Assembly (NCBI RefSeq): GCF_009914755.1 | Contig: NC_060936.1 | Source: the human T2T-CHM13v2.0 reference genome, Homo sapiens | DNA length: 64,000 nt | Direction: 5' to 3' (one strand) | In this document: piece by piece, positions 14,133 to 27,843 of the stretch | Numbering within the stretch: position 1 is the stretch's first letter | Layout: every line of letters begins with the position of its first letter | Program-made: the position numbers and the translations under genes | Notes under the pieces: generated by a model | Told to the model about the DNA's origin: nothing | The model's database searches: none | Seen by the model: the letters and a program-made list of their open reading frames with translations, nothing else

Positions 14133-16854
14133 TCATGGGTTGTAGGCAGCAAGGTGGAGGAGGGGGAAGTGCTGCAGAGGAGCAAACAGAAGACTCACAG
14201 CACACATCAGAGTAAATTTAATCACAGTGCACAGAGCTGCTCAGTGGGGAACAATATTTCCATCATCATCGTAATGAAAATGGTATATATTAATTAATCC
14301 AAAAATGAGATATAATTATATCAGGGGCAGGAAGAATGTGTGAATGTGAATGTGTGTATTGTGGGGGAGCAGTGTTGGAAGAAGCATTTCATCTTCCATA
14401 ATGAAAAGTCAGTGCAGAATTTCAAAAATTATACATATTTTTCACTTAAAAATACAGTTGTTAATACTGAAAGAAAAATCTAAAAGAAGTGCAAGTAATT
14501 GCCTCTGGAAAGCAGAATTTGAGATGGGAAAGGGAGGGCCAGGGACAACTGCCTTTCACAGTAAGATTTATAGTATCTTGACTTTTGTGTATGTAATACT
14601 GTGATAAAAATTAAATTCAAAATAAAAACATGAATACCCTTAAAACAAGACTGTGACTGCCACATAAATATTCTGACTTCAGAACATCATTTATTGTTTA
14701 ATGAAAAAACCTTAAAATCAGCAAATTAGGCAAACTCATTTCACTGTGCTTTAATAGATCAATCTCCAAAGCAGTCAAGCAATTTGATTCATACCCTACA
14801 ATTAAAATAAATAGCTTACCAACATTTTTTATCTGGTCCTTTACACATTATATACATGCAAACTAAGTGAGCAATATAATTTTAATAACCAAATTAATTC
14901 ACAAATTGGCCTTCTAATAAATATGTTAATAAATACTGAATTTCTGTATGATTCATTCTGAGAAGCCCCAGTCATTTCAGTTTTTCTGACTTTAGAAATC
15001 ATTTGAATTGTCAACTAAAATATTCATATTAGAGATAATACTATGTCCAAACATACAGCTTACTAACCACTGATACAGAGAAACAATCTTGCGCCCCCTC
15101 CCTCCCTAACAGTTGCTGTCAGAACCACTATAAGCATCGTCTACTTCTTTCTTCCCTTATCAAGGGCAAAACAAATGCCCTGCTATTAAATGAGTACTAC
15201 TACTAATGCCTGCTACTAAATGAGACCAGAGCTCTCATTACCACAACTAGCTGCCCTTACCAATGCCTCTGCTGTTGCCACTCCCTTTCCAACAGCCCTA
15301 TTCGCCTGCCAGCAGTGGCTGGCACCTACCTGCACCTGCACCCAGAGACACGTGGGCCTCCTGAGTATCTGTGTTCCTTTATTCTACTCTCATCTGGAGC
15401 TGATGCTATAGGAATGCTGGGGTCGGGAGAAAATACACTGTAAATCTTAGAGTTGTAACTTGGGAGGTTCTATGATAGTAATGACAGATTGATTTTATAT
15501 TTCAGATATGGTAAGGCAAAAGAGGATTTTGTTTACCAGCTTAAAGTGCCACACACTATTGGAAAATGATTCCCAATTTCAACTGAGCTTGTAAATTCCA
15601 ATTTAACTTTTAAATTTAAGCCAACTAGTACGTTAGGAATGGCCTCTGCAAAGCCTAATGAAAGAAAAAAATACCCTCCCACAAAACAAATGGTCAGAAT
15701 GTAAATATCCAAAATTGTAAATAAATATCCAAATTTAGTTGTTTTGATTTTATACTAATTACTAAAATAGTATTATAATTTTAATTCATTTTATATAATA
15801 GTATATTATCCTAATATCATAGTTTTATTGAGGCCCATTCAAGACCTTTATTTTGTTACTCTTGTAGCTGTTCTTTTCTTTCATCTCCCCAAACTGAAAA
15901 CAGACCTTGCACAATATAACTTGGCAATCTAGTTCATTCATTTCCTAGAAAAGGTGAAAAAATAAACCTTAAGGCTCTTGCAACACATTTTCTTCCATGC
16001 TGCTTTCAGTTTGGTGTTTTAATGGAATAAGTAGTATACAGGGTGATTTTTATTTTACTATATATTGCTCCAGTAAAGTAGGAAATAGAAAATGGATATT
16101 TTTTTCCAGTTATTTAATCAGTTTACTAAGGATTGGGGGGAATCAGGCACTTCAAATAAAGTACAGTACAATAGTAGTACACTTCTTTTTTTGACCACTA
16201 AAGCAATATGAATAAATGATCCAATGCTTAAAATGACCCCTAAACACCTAGTTCCTCATCTTTTAAAAGTTCAGCAAGACTTGACTATAAAAAAGGAGCA
16301 ACAGAAGCACAATCATCAACGTCAACATCTGGTTACAAAAAAGGGAAATAGATGAAGCAGTTGTCTGCGTTTCTCATGCAACCAGTATTTTTTGAGTGCC
16401 TACTGTGTGCTGGAGACAGTTCAAAGGTTAACAGTACAGATGGGGGCTCTACCCATGGAGCTTAATAAACAAATAAATAAGCAGAATTTTAGACAATGAT
16501 AAACATGACGGGAAAAAATGGATTGATGTGATATTGATGGAAAAAGGTGGCTGTTCCAAACAAGGTCAAGGCCTATCTGAGGTGTGCTGTTTAAATTCAG
16601 ACGCAAGTGACAAGGAAGCAGCCACAATGAGATACAGAGGAAGATCTTTCTAGCAGAAGGGAAAGCAACTGAAAAGCCTCTAAGTTGAGAACAAATCTGG
16701 AGATTTTGAGAAACATGAAAGAAAAAAGCTGGGGCAGTTAAGTCTTAATGAACCAGGGGATAAAGGTGGGGGTGGGATGATGGAGAAGATGGGGGACAAG
16801 CAGGCAGAGTCTGTGGACCATGTGAAAAGCCAGGTTGATTTAAAGTGTAATGGA

Positions 16855-17138
16855 GCCTGTAATCCCAGCACTTTGGGAGGCTGAGGTGGGTGGATACTTG
16901 AGGTCAGGAGTTCAAGACCAGCCTGGCCAACATGGTGGAACCCTGTCTCTACCAAAAAAAATACAAAAATTAGCCAGTCGTGGGGGCATGTGCCTGTAAT
17001 CTCAGCTATTCAGGAGGCTGAGGCAGGAGAATCAGTTGAACCTGGGAGGCAGAGGTTACAGTCAGCTGAGATGGCACCACTGCACCCCAGCCTGGGCGAC
17101 AGAGCAAGACCCTGCCTAACAATAAATAAATAAGAATA
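16855..17138 (+). mobile_element. AluS, slightly 5'-truncated
   Basis: gcctgtaatcccagcactttggg... with (AAAT)n tail. Confidence 0.95.
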
Positions 17139-17351
17139 AACTGTGAAGGAAAGCTATGACCTTATCTACATTTCTCAAAGTTCATTCTGGTTGCTCTGTG
17201 GAACATGGCTTATGAAGGATGAGCATGGATGCAGGAAGACCAGTTGGAAGGCCAGCTATTGCAGTAAGTGATGAGAGGCAACAGTGACTTGGGCAGATGG
17301 CAGCAGTGAAATGAAGATAAATATAGGAAGGATGCATGCTAAATAATAGAG

Positions 17352-17572
17352 CAGAGGTTCCCATACTTTCTTGCTTCATGGTGCCCTTGGTGTCTCAGTA
17401 ATTTTTTTCATAGCACACATAGGTCTAAATTACCTAGCAGTTCCACTTTATAAGGTACATACTACTTAACAGTAGTAGTACATCTATGTCATTATTTCGT
17501 CTGAAAATTTAAAATATCCTGTGGTCTCCTGTGAAGGGTGCCCTGTGGCTCCAGGCCGTTCAGGAACCATAG
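17352..17572. mobile_element. hAT-Charlie non-autonomous DNA transposon (Charlie4z-like)
   Basis: Imperfect terminal inverted repeats cagaggttccc...ggaaccatag; internal ggtgcccttggtgtctcagtaattttt. Confidence 0.6.
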
Positions 17573-18997
17573 CTTTAGTGCTAAGACTTGCAAAAGAAAT
17601 AGATATGAGGAGTACAGATAAAAGGAGAATCAAAGATTCCTGGCCAAAATCCTGGATTTGAGGCCTGAGCAACTAGAGGGATAGTAGTATCACTCACTGA
17701 GATGGGTAAGAATGGGGAAAAAACACAACCCTGAAAAGTATCATGCCATCTACAAATAAGAAAGTTGAGACTTAGAGTGTCTGTATAAATTACTCAAGGT
17801 AGCACAAGTGGTCAGGAAACAAGAAATTTGATTCCAGGTCTGTCTAATGCCAGATAAAATAATAAAAAATAAGCTTCTATGACTTAGTCACATTAGAGTA
17901 GATTAACTATGATATTTCAGTTAATTCTAGCAATATTGTTAGATAGTCTGTCTGATTCTGAATCTTAAGTTAGCTATGACCTAACTCCCTGTTAGTTGAT
18001 AAAAAGGGATTGTAAGGGGTGGCAAATAGCAGCCTTGTGCACACAGCCTCAAAAAGAATTCTTTTAATGTGAAATGAAGGTCTTGGGGATAAAAAATGAA
18101 ACTGAAGATTCTATGAATGTCCATAGCTGTTGACATAACAACTAGCAATTCCTAAATCCAGAGCCACTCTAATTGTCAGCTTTCTTTTCAACCCAGCCCA
18201 GAACAGGACATATATGGTGAAAGTTCTAAGTAGAATGCTAATCGAATGTTGATTCCTTAGGACAGGTGGCACAACCTCAAAGGCATAGATGAGGCCAGGT
18301 TATGTGGAGCAGCAGGGAATGCAGGGAACGGGAGAGGACCTACATCATCTCCAAGAGGCAATGCCATCTCTGGAAATGTGGACTTTAATGTGTAATTTAA
18401 CAAATGTAAAAACTGCACTTTCTAAAGAAGGCATGCCTGAGGACTAAATTTGGTCCTTGCAAACAGTCTTAGATAAATGATTACACTTTTGGATAAGCAG
18501 CTGAGGAAAGAGACTTAGGGACATTACAGAGGGATCATTGGAAGAATCCAGGAGGAGGCTGTTAATTCTATGCTGGAAACTAAAGTTGAAATTTCACAGT
18601 TAAATCTACTTTATACATTTTCTATATTTTCTGGTACTGAGTGTTTTTTCAAAAATAGAAATAGGAGAACCTTATATGTAGTTCTCTAAGGTTTAATCTG
18701 TCCAGTAAGAAATGATCTTATCGAAATAAATGAAGAAGTTCTAGCAAGAAACACTGTTCATTTCTCTTCCTGCCATGAATGGCAGGTCATCAGACTATTT
18801 GTCTCTGCATGGAGCGGCTTAATAGCATTTGAAATCCTGCAATTCTATCAGCCACAGGAAGCATAATCACAAACTTGAACAGAACTGACTAACTTAGATT
18901 TTCACCTGCCCTCAGAAAGAAGGAACCAAGAGAAAGAGATATGACTTGAAGAATACTTTATGGAAATCTTCAGTGTTGAAATCCAAATTAAATTTAT

Positions 18998-19147
18998 GGC
19001 TGGGACCGGTGGCTCATGCCTGTAATCCCAACACTTAGGAAGGCAGAGGTGGGAAGATAGCTTGAGCCCAGGAGTTTAAGACCTGCCTGGGCAACATAGC
19101 AAGACCCCATTCTCCTCAAGAAGGGAAAAATAAATAAATAAATAAAA
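18998..19147 (+). pseudogene. BC200 (BCYRN1)-type retropseudogene (Alu-monomer domain plus A-rich tail)
   Basis: Monomer carries BC200-diagnostic GATAGCTTGAGCCC, GACCTGCCTGGGC and CCC.TTCTCC..AAGAAGGGAAAAA rather than the FLAM_C forms GATCGC, ACCAGCC and GTCTCT. Confidence 0.75.
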
Positions 19148-19399
19148 TTATGAAAACCTATCCAATATTATAAATCATTAGATATGTCATTATAGCCTGT
19201 CACTAATTCTAATTCTAAAGGTCAGGACTAACTTGGCAACATTTTTGAAAGATCCTCTTCTCAAAGCTTGAATGTTGTGGCTTTTATTTTCCTAAGGTCA
19301 TGTCTGCAGACTAGTTAAGGAAGACTCACACTATCAGAGAGTGACTCATTCCCCTTATACATCATGCTATGACTCTGGATATGAACAGAATAAAAACAA

Positions 19400-21000
19400 A
19401 ACAGTCAGTAGTAACTAAAATCTAGCTGGTTCTCCCTGGGGAATATTGCAAGGGGGCATTTTTAGTATGTGTACGGTCTTTTGGAGGAAATAGACACATC
19501 TGCAGTTATAATATAATAACTAACTATTCATAGATATCCACTCAGAGTGCTAAAGGAGGCCAGAAGGGGAACATTTACATTGGCCCCTTGGTTCAGGGAG
19601 ATGACATGTGACCTAAGTTTGGAAGTCTTTTAGGGTAAGCTAGCTATTTCAGCTAGGGAGAATGGCACACATGAAGGCACTGAAGCTTGGATTAGCTTTA
19701 ATCATTGCCAGAAGTACAGGAGGTTCCATGTAGCAGGAGGTACATGTACCTTTTTATACCTTATACATCTCATCTTTGTGCCTAATTATAATTCCTGATT
19801 TCCAGATCACTGATGCCCTGAGAAGTTATGAAACTTGTAGCTTTACACACCCTTCTTTATATACCCTTGCGTAGGGCAGTGGTTGGACATGAAGCAGTGC
19901 AAAGATGGGCAAAAGCCACAAAGGGCCCTGGACTTTGAACTTCGCTGAAAGCTGTGGGACACATTAAATCATTTATGTCAAGATGAGACATAATTGATTT
20001 TGTTGCAGGAAGTTTAGAGGCAGAGATAACCAAGGCTCAATTGAGGAAGTTGAGATTTAAGGCAGGAAAATCCTCTGTGCATCCCTGTACAGTGTTGTCA
20101 AGCCCCCTGCCCTCAAATGCTCAGGCTAGGGTAGGTTCACTTTGATCTTTTTCTCTTTGGGAATTAAGAATTGTGACAATTCCAATCTATTGTGGATGCT
20201 TGAACTAGAAGTACCTCCAAAGTTATGGTGGTAGAGATTGACCAGATACAAGCAAGAGAAGAGGATGTTCTCTAAGAGAAAGAAGAAGGGTGCATATACC
20301 CTACAGAAATAACAGCAAAAAACCTTGGGCACACAGAAGCTGAGCAAGTGACTCTCTAGTTTCTGATTTCAACCCTCTGCCAGGCCCAGCTATATTTCCT
20401 GCCTTTAGGCCCTATTTCCTTATTGTACACCAACTTATCTTTTTAAAGTTAGGTTTAAGTGGGATTCTGTTGCAAATAATATGAGCTCTGACTAAAGCAA
20501 GGCCTGACAGAAAATGGAATGAAGATCATAGGAAGGATACAAGAGATATTAGGGATATAAAATTGAAGGAAATTACAGCTGATTGGATTTGGATGTGTTC
20601 ACTCTCAAGCTAAAGGCTCGGGCAGCCAACTGGCCACATGCATCATTGAGAAGAGGATTATAAGGGGAGGGGCAGAATTGGCAGAAAGTGATAGGGATTC
20701 AGTTTTAGGCATACTGAGACTGGTGAGAGTGGAATATTCAAAAGTAGAAATGTCCAGCAGTTGAATATATGAGTGTGTATGGCAGAGGAGTTCTGACCTG
20801 CAACTACAGATTAGGTCTTCTTTAACATGTAGATGGTCATTGGCCTAATGGGACTGGAATAGGTCTCTGAGTAGAGTTGCAAGCCAAGACTTGGACAGCA
20901 CCACCATTACGGTTCAAATTGAGTAGGAAAAGCCATGAAGGAGATTTAAGTTGAAATGCTGTGGTGAGGGAAAATTTTTTCAGAAGAACCATGGCCAAGT
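19400..21000 (-). mobile_element. Degenerate L2 with an inserted MLT1-like LTR (~20060-20500)
   Basis: gattcagttttaggcatactgag...gaaatgtccagcagttg (L2); aggtttaagtgggattctgttgcaa...ctgactaaagca (MLT1 end). Confidence 0.5.
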
Positions 21001-22074
21001 GATGAGAGCCTGGATAGTGAACTCATAGAGAAGAATAAATGTAAATCTGGGAAGAGGAAAATAGAACTTCCTCACATCTTTTGTGGCTGGCACTTTGCTG
21101 TCTTATTTCATCTTCAAGCAACCTTTCAAGACAGGTCACAGCATATGCTTTTAAAGATAAGCAAAAGAGACCATAAGTTCCCTGAAAATGGTGTAAGTCA
21201 TATTGTGTATCTCTGGTCCCTGGCAGAGTGCCTGCTACCTGTGTGTGTAAACAGTGAATTAAGACCTGGGCACTTCTACAATGTTACAATAGTCTACCCG
21301 GAATCAGCCAGACTGGTGTTACCTTCAAACTCAGATATATTGGGGACAAGGTTCTGCTTTATTGGCACAGAAAGTCTATTTTCTGGGACACATCCCTGGA
21401 CTTCATGCTATTTCAACTCATTAACAGCACCTCCATTTCTTCTCCTTACCTTTCAGTGAAATATATAATTCAGAAAAAGGAAGGCAAGGAAATATGTTTT
21501 CATATTTCTAAAGATGTCCTGAGGCACCTGAAACCTTAGTTGCTGATACTTTACAAACCATGGAGATGAATTTCCACTAATTACCACAGAACCTTAAATT
21601 CACATCTGATTCAGGAAGCATGACAAAAGGATTTGACAATCTTTTGATGTAAACTACAAGTCACGCCACATTGGGCATATTTAGCTACAGATCCCCCACC
21701 ATCTAAGGAGGCTTTATTAGATCTTATCATCCTAAGGTCATCGAGGTCTTTTCTCCTTGACATAAATCTAAGATGAAAAGAACATATCTAATATTGAAGT
21801 GAAGGGCACTACTATAACATGTACAAGCTAGAAGAACACCATCATGATTCTTTCCTGAATTTTGAAAATAGAGACATGCATAAAAGAAGGGTATTATAGC
21901 AATTTTGTGTCTCCAGAGGATGCCTCAAATCCTGTATCGATGGGTAGAGGGTAAAGAAGGTGGATTAACGGTGGGATGTTTCTGCTTTCCACAAACGCCT
22001 GGGACTTTATAAACTGCAGTACACAGGGAGCAGAAGGAAAGTGAACACAGATGTAGTTGCTCCCATGGGCCTCA

Positions 22075-22230
22075 ATCATACATGCTTTCTCATGTAATCA
22101 CATTTGGGAGGTATTATAATTCCTGATTTCCAAATCACTGAGGACCTGAGAAGTTATTATGTAGCTTGTGGAGTTTACACAGAGAGTAGGTGTGTTGGGT
22201 TTGGATTCAAATCCAGATCTAACACCAAAG
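22075..22230 (-). mobile_element. MIR fragment
   Basis: tattataattcc...actgagg...agaagtta...cacag...ggattcaaatccag. Confidence 0.55.
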
Positions 22231-22694
22231 GTTGTATTAATATTTGATGTACCATGTTTCCGCACACAAAATAACTCCATTTAAAGAAACTTTAAAAAAA
22301 AAAACACAACAAAAATCATTTGTTTGTGTCCCCTTCAATCCCTAGGTAGGGATTTGAATGTACAGCAATGATACAGTAAATATTGGTTGAAGGCATAAAT
22401 ACATACATTAATGATGTATTTTTCAGATTCCTGTAACAGGACAAAATTATTTGTGAATCATACAAAGAAAAAAGGATAATAATATTCAAGAAAATATATT
22501 TTCATCATTTGTTAGCATGAATCTCCAATTTTTATTGGTTATTTTCCACATGGTTAGCCAGGGATCATTGACTTTTTTTTTTTTTTTACTAAAAATGGAT
22601 TTGCTGTATCCATGAACAGTACTAAGAAAGTTCACATCCATATTGTGCTAACTTATTTTTACACATATTTGGAGACAGGATTTTTCAGAGGTGC

Positions 22695-23163
22695 TTTTCA
22701 TGCCTTGCCCCATATGCTCTAGATCACCCTCTGAATTACCCTGCAGCCATCATGGAAACTCACTATAGAATCTGACAGTTTCTAGCTCAACTTTCTTTGT
22801 CTCTCTACTTGTCTACATGACAGCTCTGGCACCATAAGTGATTTCTCAGGAAAGCCTGGAGGAAGTGCATTTAACATCCGCAGGGACAACACTCAAGTTG
22901 AGGGAATGGGGATTGTGGATAAATACCCCTGGACTAATTCTGAGGACAATCTACACTGTTCCTTGGAGAGTACTCAGCAGGACTGTGCTCCAGTTGCCTA
23001 CTGACATAGCCTGCTTACCAATGCTCTCTTTACTGCCTCTTCTTCCTTCTCTATTCCACTTCCCTTACTCCTTTTCTCATCCTCTTGATATCGTCCCCAA
23101 AATATCATCTGCACCCAAGTCCTTGTCTTAGGGCCTGGTTTTGGGGCAACCTAAACAGAGACA
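22695..23163 (+). mobile_element. LTR16-family (ERVL) solo LTR
   Basis: gtggataaatacccc, gctccagttgcc and end ctgcacccaagtccttgtcttaggg...ggggcaacctaaacagagaca. Confidence 0.75.
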
Positions 23164-24594
23164 GGTATGCAATATATACACAGGGAAATGGAAAATGATT
23201 AGAAACATTCTGATAGCTCGCTATAAAGGCATTCTGCTCCAAGCCTCCTCTGATGAGAATGCTTTGTTTTGTTTGCTAGGATAGTGAGTTACCTACCTGC
23301 CATCAAAAAGGGTTTTAGACTCCAGAGGGAGAAAGTACACCCTTTCCCTTATAAACCGTGTGCACATGAGCTGAGAAGCCAGTGGAGTTCATAGGGCTTG
23401 AGCCTACTCCTACATTATGGGAGCCAAGGAAAGTCTATCACATCAGGTGATAAGTCTGCTACACAATCTTGGGATAAAGAGGCATTATCAGCCATAACCT
23501 AGATTGTCTTTCTTCAAAGACATGATTGGGAAATAAAAATATGGTCTTAACATATAAGAAGCTAGGCCTCTAAGACAATGATCAGCATGTGGTAAGCATT
23601 TAATAAATATTCCAAAAATTTTGTTGAACAAAGTACAATTTTCTTTTTAGGCCAAAACTATTTTTCTACAGTCTGATAACTTTTCATCCAAGCAAGGCTT
23701 AAAGTATTACTATTTCAAACGTTTTAGCTTCCATTCTACTTGAAACTCCATGAAACTCCATTTGTCCTCATTCAAATGCACATTAAAAGTCCATCTACTT
23801 CACTTTATAGGTAATTAGACTGAAAGCAATTAACTGGCATGCCCAGAGTCCCATGGTGGAGACAGACCTTGAATCTAATTTTCCTGATTCCTGGGTTAAT
23901 ATTCTTCCCCTCACATGACACTCATTTTTCAAAAGAGTGAGCCATAAATCCTAACATTTTCCCATTAATTCACTAACTTCCAGCCAATGAACACGAATGA
24001 GTACAATTCACTAATCTGGAAATACTTCGATGAGTAAACATTTTATCTTTCAACAGCTTTTTGGACTAGGGAGGCAGAGAGGGGAAGACACTTTAGAGAG
24101 ATGCTGCTCTAATACATTCATCCTGCATTGTGGAAGACCTCAGAGAGTAAAACCCCATTCCTGGTTCAGATTTACAACCTGAAAGTGTACAAACCCTTAT
24201 TGTTTTATTTCTTATTTCCTGCCACCTTTATTCTTCTCTACATTTATCACCATCTGACCATGTGTGCTTGTGCTATGTTTCCTGATTGCGTGGTAATTTT
24301 TTTTTTTAATACCAGCTGTGCTTGTTGAGGATAGAATATGAGAATGGAACAGATCCAGAAATACTGCACTTAGAAAATTAAATTAAATATGATTAACAAG
24401 TATGAATGACTCATTCAACCATCAGCCTAGCTTGTCCAGGAACTCTAGATCAGGATATAAATCAAAGAACTTAGCTAGGTACCAGAAAACTTAAGAACCT
24501 GATGAGGTTAATGGTTCTTGAGATGGCTGTGATTTTTTTTTTAGCACACAAAAAGCCATTTTAGGTTGTTTATTTAAAATATATAAACTTATAA

Positions 24595-26492
24595 TATTTT
24601 ATTTATTCGTTTTTCTATACATTATTGGGGTACAGGTGGTATTTGGCTACATGAGTAACTTCTTTAGTGGTGATTTGTGAGATTTTGGTGCACCCATCAC
24701 CCAAGCAGTATATACTGCACCATATTTGTAGTCTCTTATCCCTCACCCCCATCCCACTCTTCCCCCTCAAGTCCCCAAAGTCCACTGTATCATTCTTACA
24801 CCTTTGCGTCCTCATAGCTTAGCTCCCCCATATCAGTGAGAACATATGATGTTTGGTTTTCCATTGCTGTTACATCACTTAGAATAATAGTCTCCAATCT
24901 CATCTAGGTCAGTGCAAATGCTGTTAATTAATTCCTTTTTATAGCTGCATAGTATTCCATCATATATATATGATTCATTCCTTTTTATAGCTGCATAGTA
25001 TTCCATCATATATATATATATATGAATCAGTTTCTTTATCCACTTGTTGATTGATGGGCATTTGGGTTGGTCCCATGACTTTGCAATTGTGAATTGTGCT
25101 GCTATAAACATGCGTGTGCAAGTATCTTTTTCGAATAATGACTTATTTTCCTCTGGGTAGATACCTAGTAGTGGGATTGCTGGATCAAATGGTAGTTCTA
25201 CTTCTAGTTCTTTAAGGAATCTCCACGCTGTTTTCCATAGTAGCTGTACTAGTTTACATTCCCACCAGCAGTGTAGAAGTGCTCCCTGTTGACCACATCC
25301 ATGCCAACATCCACTGTTTTTTGATTTTTTGATCATGGCCATTCCTACAGGAGTAAGGTGGTATTGCATTGTGGTTTTGATTTGCACTTCCCTGATCATT
25401 AGTGATGTTGAGCATTTTTTCATGTTTGTTGGCCATTTCTATATCTACTGTTGAGAATTGTCTATTCATGTCCTGAGCCTACTTTTTGATGGGATTGTTT
25501 TTTTCTTACTGATTTGTTTGAGTTCATTGTGGATTCTGGATATTAGTCCTTTGTCAGATGTATAGATTGTGAAGATTTTCTCCCACTCTGTGGGAGGTCC
25601 CAATTATTTATCTTTGTTTTTATTGCATTTGCTTTTGTGTTCTTGGTCATGAAATCCTTGCCTAAGCCAGTGTCTTGAAGGGTTTCTTCCAATGTTATCT
25701 TCTAGAATTTTTATAGTTTCAGGTCTTGGGTTTAAGTCCTTAATCCATTTTGAGTTGATTTTTCATAAGGTGAGAGATGAGGATCCAGTTTCATTCTCCT
25801 ACATGTGGCTAGCCAATCATCCCAACACCATCTGTTGAAAAGGATGTCCTTTCTCCACTTTATGTTTTTGTTTGCATTGTCGAAGATCAGTTGGCCTTAA
25901 GGATTTGGGTTTATTTCTGGGTTCTCTATTCTGTTCCATTGGTTATGTGCCTATTTTTATACCAGTACCATGCTGTTTTGGTGACTATGGCCTTACAGTA
26001 TAGTTTGAAATCAGGTAGTGTGATGCCTCCAGATTTGTTCTTTTTGCTTAGTCTTGCTTTGGCTATGTGGGCTCTTTTTTGGTTCCATATAAATTTTAGA
26101 ACTGTTTTTTTCTAATTCTGTGAAGAATGATGGTGGTAGTCTGATGGGGATTGTATTAAATCTGTAGACTGCTTTTGGCAGTATGGTCATGTTCACAATA
26201 TTGATTCTACCCATCCATGAGCATGGGATGTGTTTCCATTTGTTTGTGTCATCTGTGACTTCTTTCAGTAGTGTTTTGTAGTTTTCCCTGTAGAGGTCTT
26301 TCAACCCCTTTGTTAGGTATATTTCTAAGTATTTTATATTTTTTTGCAGCTATTGTAGAAGGGGTTGAGTTCTTGATTTGATTCTCTGCTTGGTTGCTGT
26401 TGGTGTATAGAAGAGCTACTGATTTGTGTATATTAATCTTGTACCAGGAAACTTTGCTGAATTATTTTATCAGTTCTCAGAGCTTTCTAGAG
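24595..26492 (-). mobile_element. L1PB 3' part (3'UTR and ORF2 C-terminus, disrupted)
   Basis: L1PB-type 3'UTR ggggtacaggtggtatttgg.tacatgagtaa; ORFs 24875-25423 and 26011-26304 are ORF2-like. Confidence 0.9.
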
Positions 26493-26494
26493 GA

Positions 26495-27611
26495 AAATTA
26501 TTCCTCTGGTTATTCTCGTTAGCAATTATTTCCTCTAACCTTTTTTCAAGGTTCATAGCTTCCTTGCATCAGGTGAGAACATGCTCCTTTAGCTCGGAGG
26601 AGTTTGTTATTATCCACCTTCTGAAAACTACTTCTGTCAATTCATCAAACTCATTCTCAGTCCAGTTTTGTTCCCTTGCTGGTGAGGAGTTGTGATCCTT
26701 TGAAGATGAGGTTTTCTGGTTTTTGGAATTTTCAGCCTTTTTGTGCTGGTTTTTCCTCATCTTCATGGATTTATCTACCTCTGGTCTTTGATGTTGGTGA
26801 CCTTCAGCTGGAGTTTCTCTGTGGATGTCCTTTTTGTTGATGTTGATGCTATTCCTTTCTGTTTGTTAGTTTTCCTTGTAACAGTCAGGCCCCTCTCCTG
26901 CAGATCTGCCGGAGTTTGCTGGAGGTCCACTCCAGGCCATCTGCCTGTATCACCAGCGGAGACTGTGGAACAGCAAAGACTGCTGCCTGTTCCTTCCTCT
27001 GGAAGCTTCGTCCCAGAGGGGCACCTGCCAGATGCCAGCCAGAGCTCTCCTGTATGAGGTGTCTGTCGACCCCTGCTGGGAGGTGTCTCCCAGTCAGGAG
27101 GCATGGGGATCAGGGACCCACTTGAGGAAGGAGTCTGTCTCTTAGCAGAGTTCGAGTGCTGTGCTGGGAGATTAGCTGCTCTCTTCAGAGCCAGCAGGCA
27201 GCAATATTTAAGTCTGCTGAAGCTGTGCCCACAGCCACCCCTTCTCCCAGGGGCTCTGTTCCAGGAAGACGGGAGTTTGATCTATAAGGCCCTGACTGGG
27301 GCTGCTGCCTTTCTTTCAGAGAGGCCCTGCCCAGAGAGAAGGAATCTAGAGAGGCAGTCTGGCTACAGTGGCTTTGCTGAGCTGTGGTGGGATCTGCCCA
27401 GTTGGAACTTCCCTGCAGCTTTGTTTACACTGTGAGGGAAAAACAGCCTATTCAAGCCTCAGTAACGGTGGACGCCCCTCCGCCCAGCAAGCTCGAGTAT
27501 CCCAGGTCGATTTCAGACTGCTGTGCTGGCAGTGAGAATTTCAAGCCAGTGGATCTTAGCTTGCTGGGCTCCGTGGGGTGGGATCCACTGAGCTAGACCA
27601 CTTGGCTCCCT
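26495..27611 (-). mobile_element. L1PA7/8-type 5'UTR plus ORF1 N-terminus, nested in L1PB
   Basis: ORF 26569-26766 (MRKNQHKKAENSKNQ...WTENEFDELTEV) is an L1PA ORF1 start. Confidence 0.85.
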
Positions 27612-27843
27612 AGCAGGGAAGCCATGAGGGACTGTGCCATGAAGGACAGTGCATTCTGGCCCCAATACTATGCTTTTCCCACGGTCTTTGCAAACCGCAG
27701 ACCAGGAGATTCCCTTGGGAGCCTACACCATCAGCACCCTAGGTTTCAAGTACAAAACTGGGTGGCCGTTTGGGCAGACACTGAGCTAGCTGCAGGAGTT
27801 TTTTTTCACACCCCAGTGGCACCTGTAACACCAGCAAGACAGA
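27612..27843 (+). mobile_element. Inverted segment of the same L1PA7/8 5'UTR
   Basis: gggaagccatgagggactgtgcc...gagctagctgcaggag...ccagcaagacag is sense-strand L1PA 5'UTR, opposite to its neighbour. Confidence 0.75.

Larger units (their letters stand above)
16370..17715 (-). mobile_element. L2 LINE fragment interrupted by an Alu and a hAT element
   Basis: tatttttgagtgcctactgtgtgc 3' end; cattctggttgctctgtgga; ggcctgagcaactagagggat. Confidence 0.75.
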
